A stretch of DNA of 64,000 bases. Source: Planctomycetota bacterium (lineage in GTDB: Bacteria; Planctomycetota; B15-G4). The notes beneath the pieces were generated by a model. The model worked only from the letters and a program-made list of their open reading frames with translations, was not told the origin of the DNA and did no database searches. The stretch's first letter is position 1. Every line of letters starts with the position of its first letter. Both the position numbers and the translations under genes were made by a program. The stretch spans positions 42,544 to 106,543 of the forward strand of contig JAJDEP010000018.1 in the NCBI GenBank assembly GCA_029259715.1, given 5' to 3'. Shown here piece after piece: positions 63,482-64,000 of the stretch.

Positions 63482-64000
63482 TCAGCGGCGCGGACCACTG
63501 CGGCCGCGATCACCGCCTCCACGACGGGCTCCGCCACCGCGCGGGCCGCCTTTGCCCCCGCCGGTGCCGGCGTATTCGGCCACCTCGATCTCCTCACCTG
63601 CCTCGACCCGCGCCACCTGGCGCATGGACAGGCGGATGCGGTTGCCGTCCTCGATGGCGAGCACGACGACCTTCACGGTCTCACCTTCGGAGATGACGTC
63701 GGCCGGATCGTTGACCCGCTCCTCGGACATCTCGGAGACGTGCACGAGGCCGTCGGTGCCCGGGAAGAGCGTGACGAAGGCGCCGTAGGTCTTGAGGCTC
63801 GCGACCGTGCCCTCGTAGACCTTGCCGAGCTCGGGCATCTCCGACGGCTCGCGGGGTCCGCCCCCGCCGCCACCGCGCGGTCCCGAGTCCTTCTTCTCGC
63901 CCGGTTCGTGGTGCGGCAGGCACAGGCGCACGCGGCCCATGTCGTCGATGTTCGCGACCTTGATCTGCACCTCGTCGCCGACCTTGAAGACGTCGTTGAT
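63482..64000 (-). CDS. S1 RNA-binding-domain protein, C-terminal part only (PNPase- or RpsA-like; N-terminus outside the window)
   Basis: The frame is open to the window edge. It shows the end of one S1 domain (VFKVGDEVQIKVANIDDMGRVRL), a Gly-rich linker, a complete second S1 domain (GKVYEGTVASLKTYGAFVTLFPGTDGLVHVSEM...IRLSMRQ), and an RGG-rich tail. Confidence 0.7.
   Translation of the reverse strand: MNDVFKVGDEVQIKVANIDDMGRVRLCLPHHEPGEKKDSGPRGGGGGGPREPSEMPELGKVYEGTVASLKTYGAFVTLFPGTDGLVHVSEMSEERVNDPADVISEGETVKVVVLAIEDGNRIRLSMRQVARVEAGEEIEVAEYAGTGGGKGGPRGGGARRGGGDRGRSGPRR

Overview
Very GC-rich bacterial chromosomal window, about 70% GC by eye. It is densely packed with about 60 protein genes, two tRNAs and little intergenic space. 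Most long ORFs in the six-frame track are Arg/Gly/Pro-rich antisense shadows. I trimmed or discarded those and kept frames with recognisable family motifs. No integrase, transposase, CRISPR array or recognisable defence system is visible. Several ordinary enzymes carry Gly/Ala/Arg-rich low-complexity inserts.

Content, left to right:
- A minus-strand xylose block: speA, DUF427, ABC permease, binding protein, ATPase, xylA, xylB. Several junctions are 4-nt ATGA/GTGA start-stop overlaps.
- A DUF1570 metallopeptidase-like gene, tRNA-Gly, arsC and thiD.
- A long minus-strand run containing purB and nadC.
- Assorted membrane and secreted proteins, two ferredoxin modules and a YitJ-type homocysteine methyltransferase/MTHFR fusion.
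- nadA behind a 250-nt structured leader.
- A small glycoconjugate or lipid-decoration cluster: WalW-like deacetylase, NodU-type carbamoyltransferase, CDP-alcohol-transferase-like protein, Tat amidohydrolase and an APH-fold kinase.
- A tightly spaced korA-korB-bioB-bioF-bioA-bioD run.
- rsmG, a sulfatase-fold protein, a tandem Usp, tRNA-Thr, a HEAT-repeat protein, an SSF transporter, and a lipoprotein secretin with a coupled Skp-like partner.

Gene content (DUF1570, orphan secretin, sulfatase, HEAT proteins, scattered pathway genes) is compatible with a high-GC planctomycete-like organism. That is inference only.

Most noteworthy non-coding or unusual signals:
1. Two ~150-bp nested-hairpin repeats with compensatory base-pair changes, each sitting sense-oriented in the 3' region of one of two convergent genes (56248-56722).
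2. Two tandem bulged hairpins with ACANCCCC-like bulges upstream of nadA, a possible NAD+-riboswitch-like leader.
3. Recurrent in-frame 15-bp tandem duplications in four unrelated genes.
4. An unannotated 33-codon, highly basic ORF resembling ribosomal peptide bL37.
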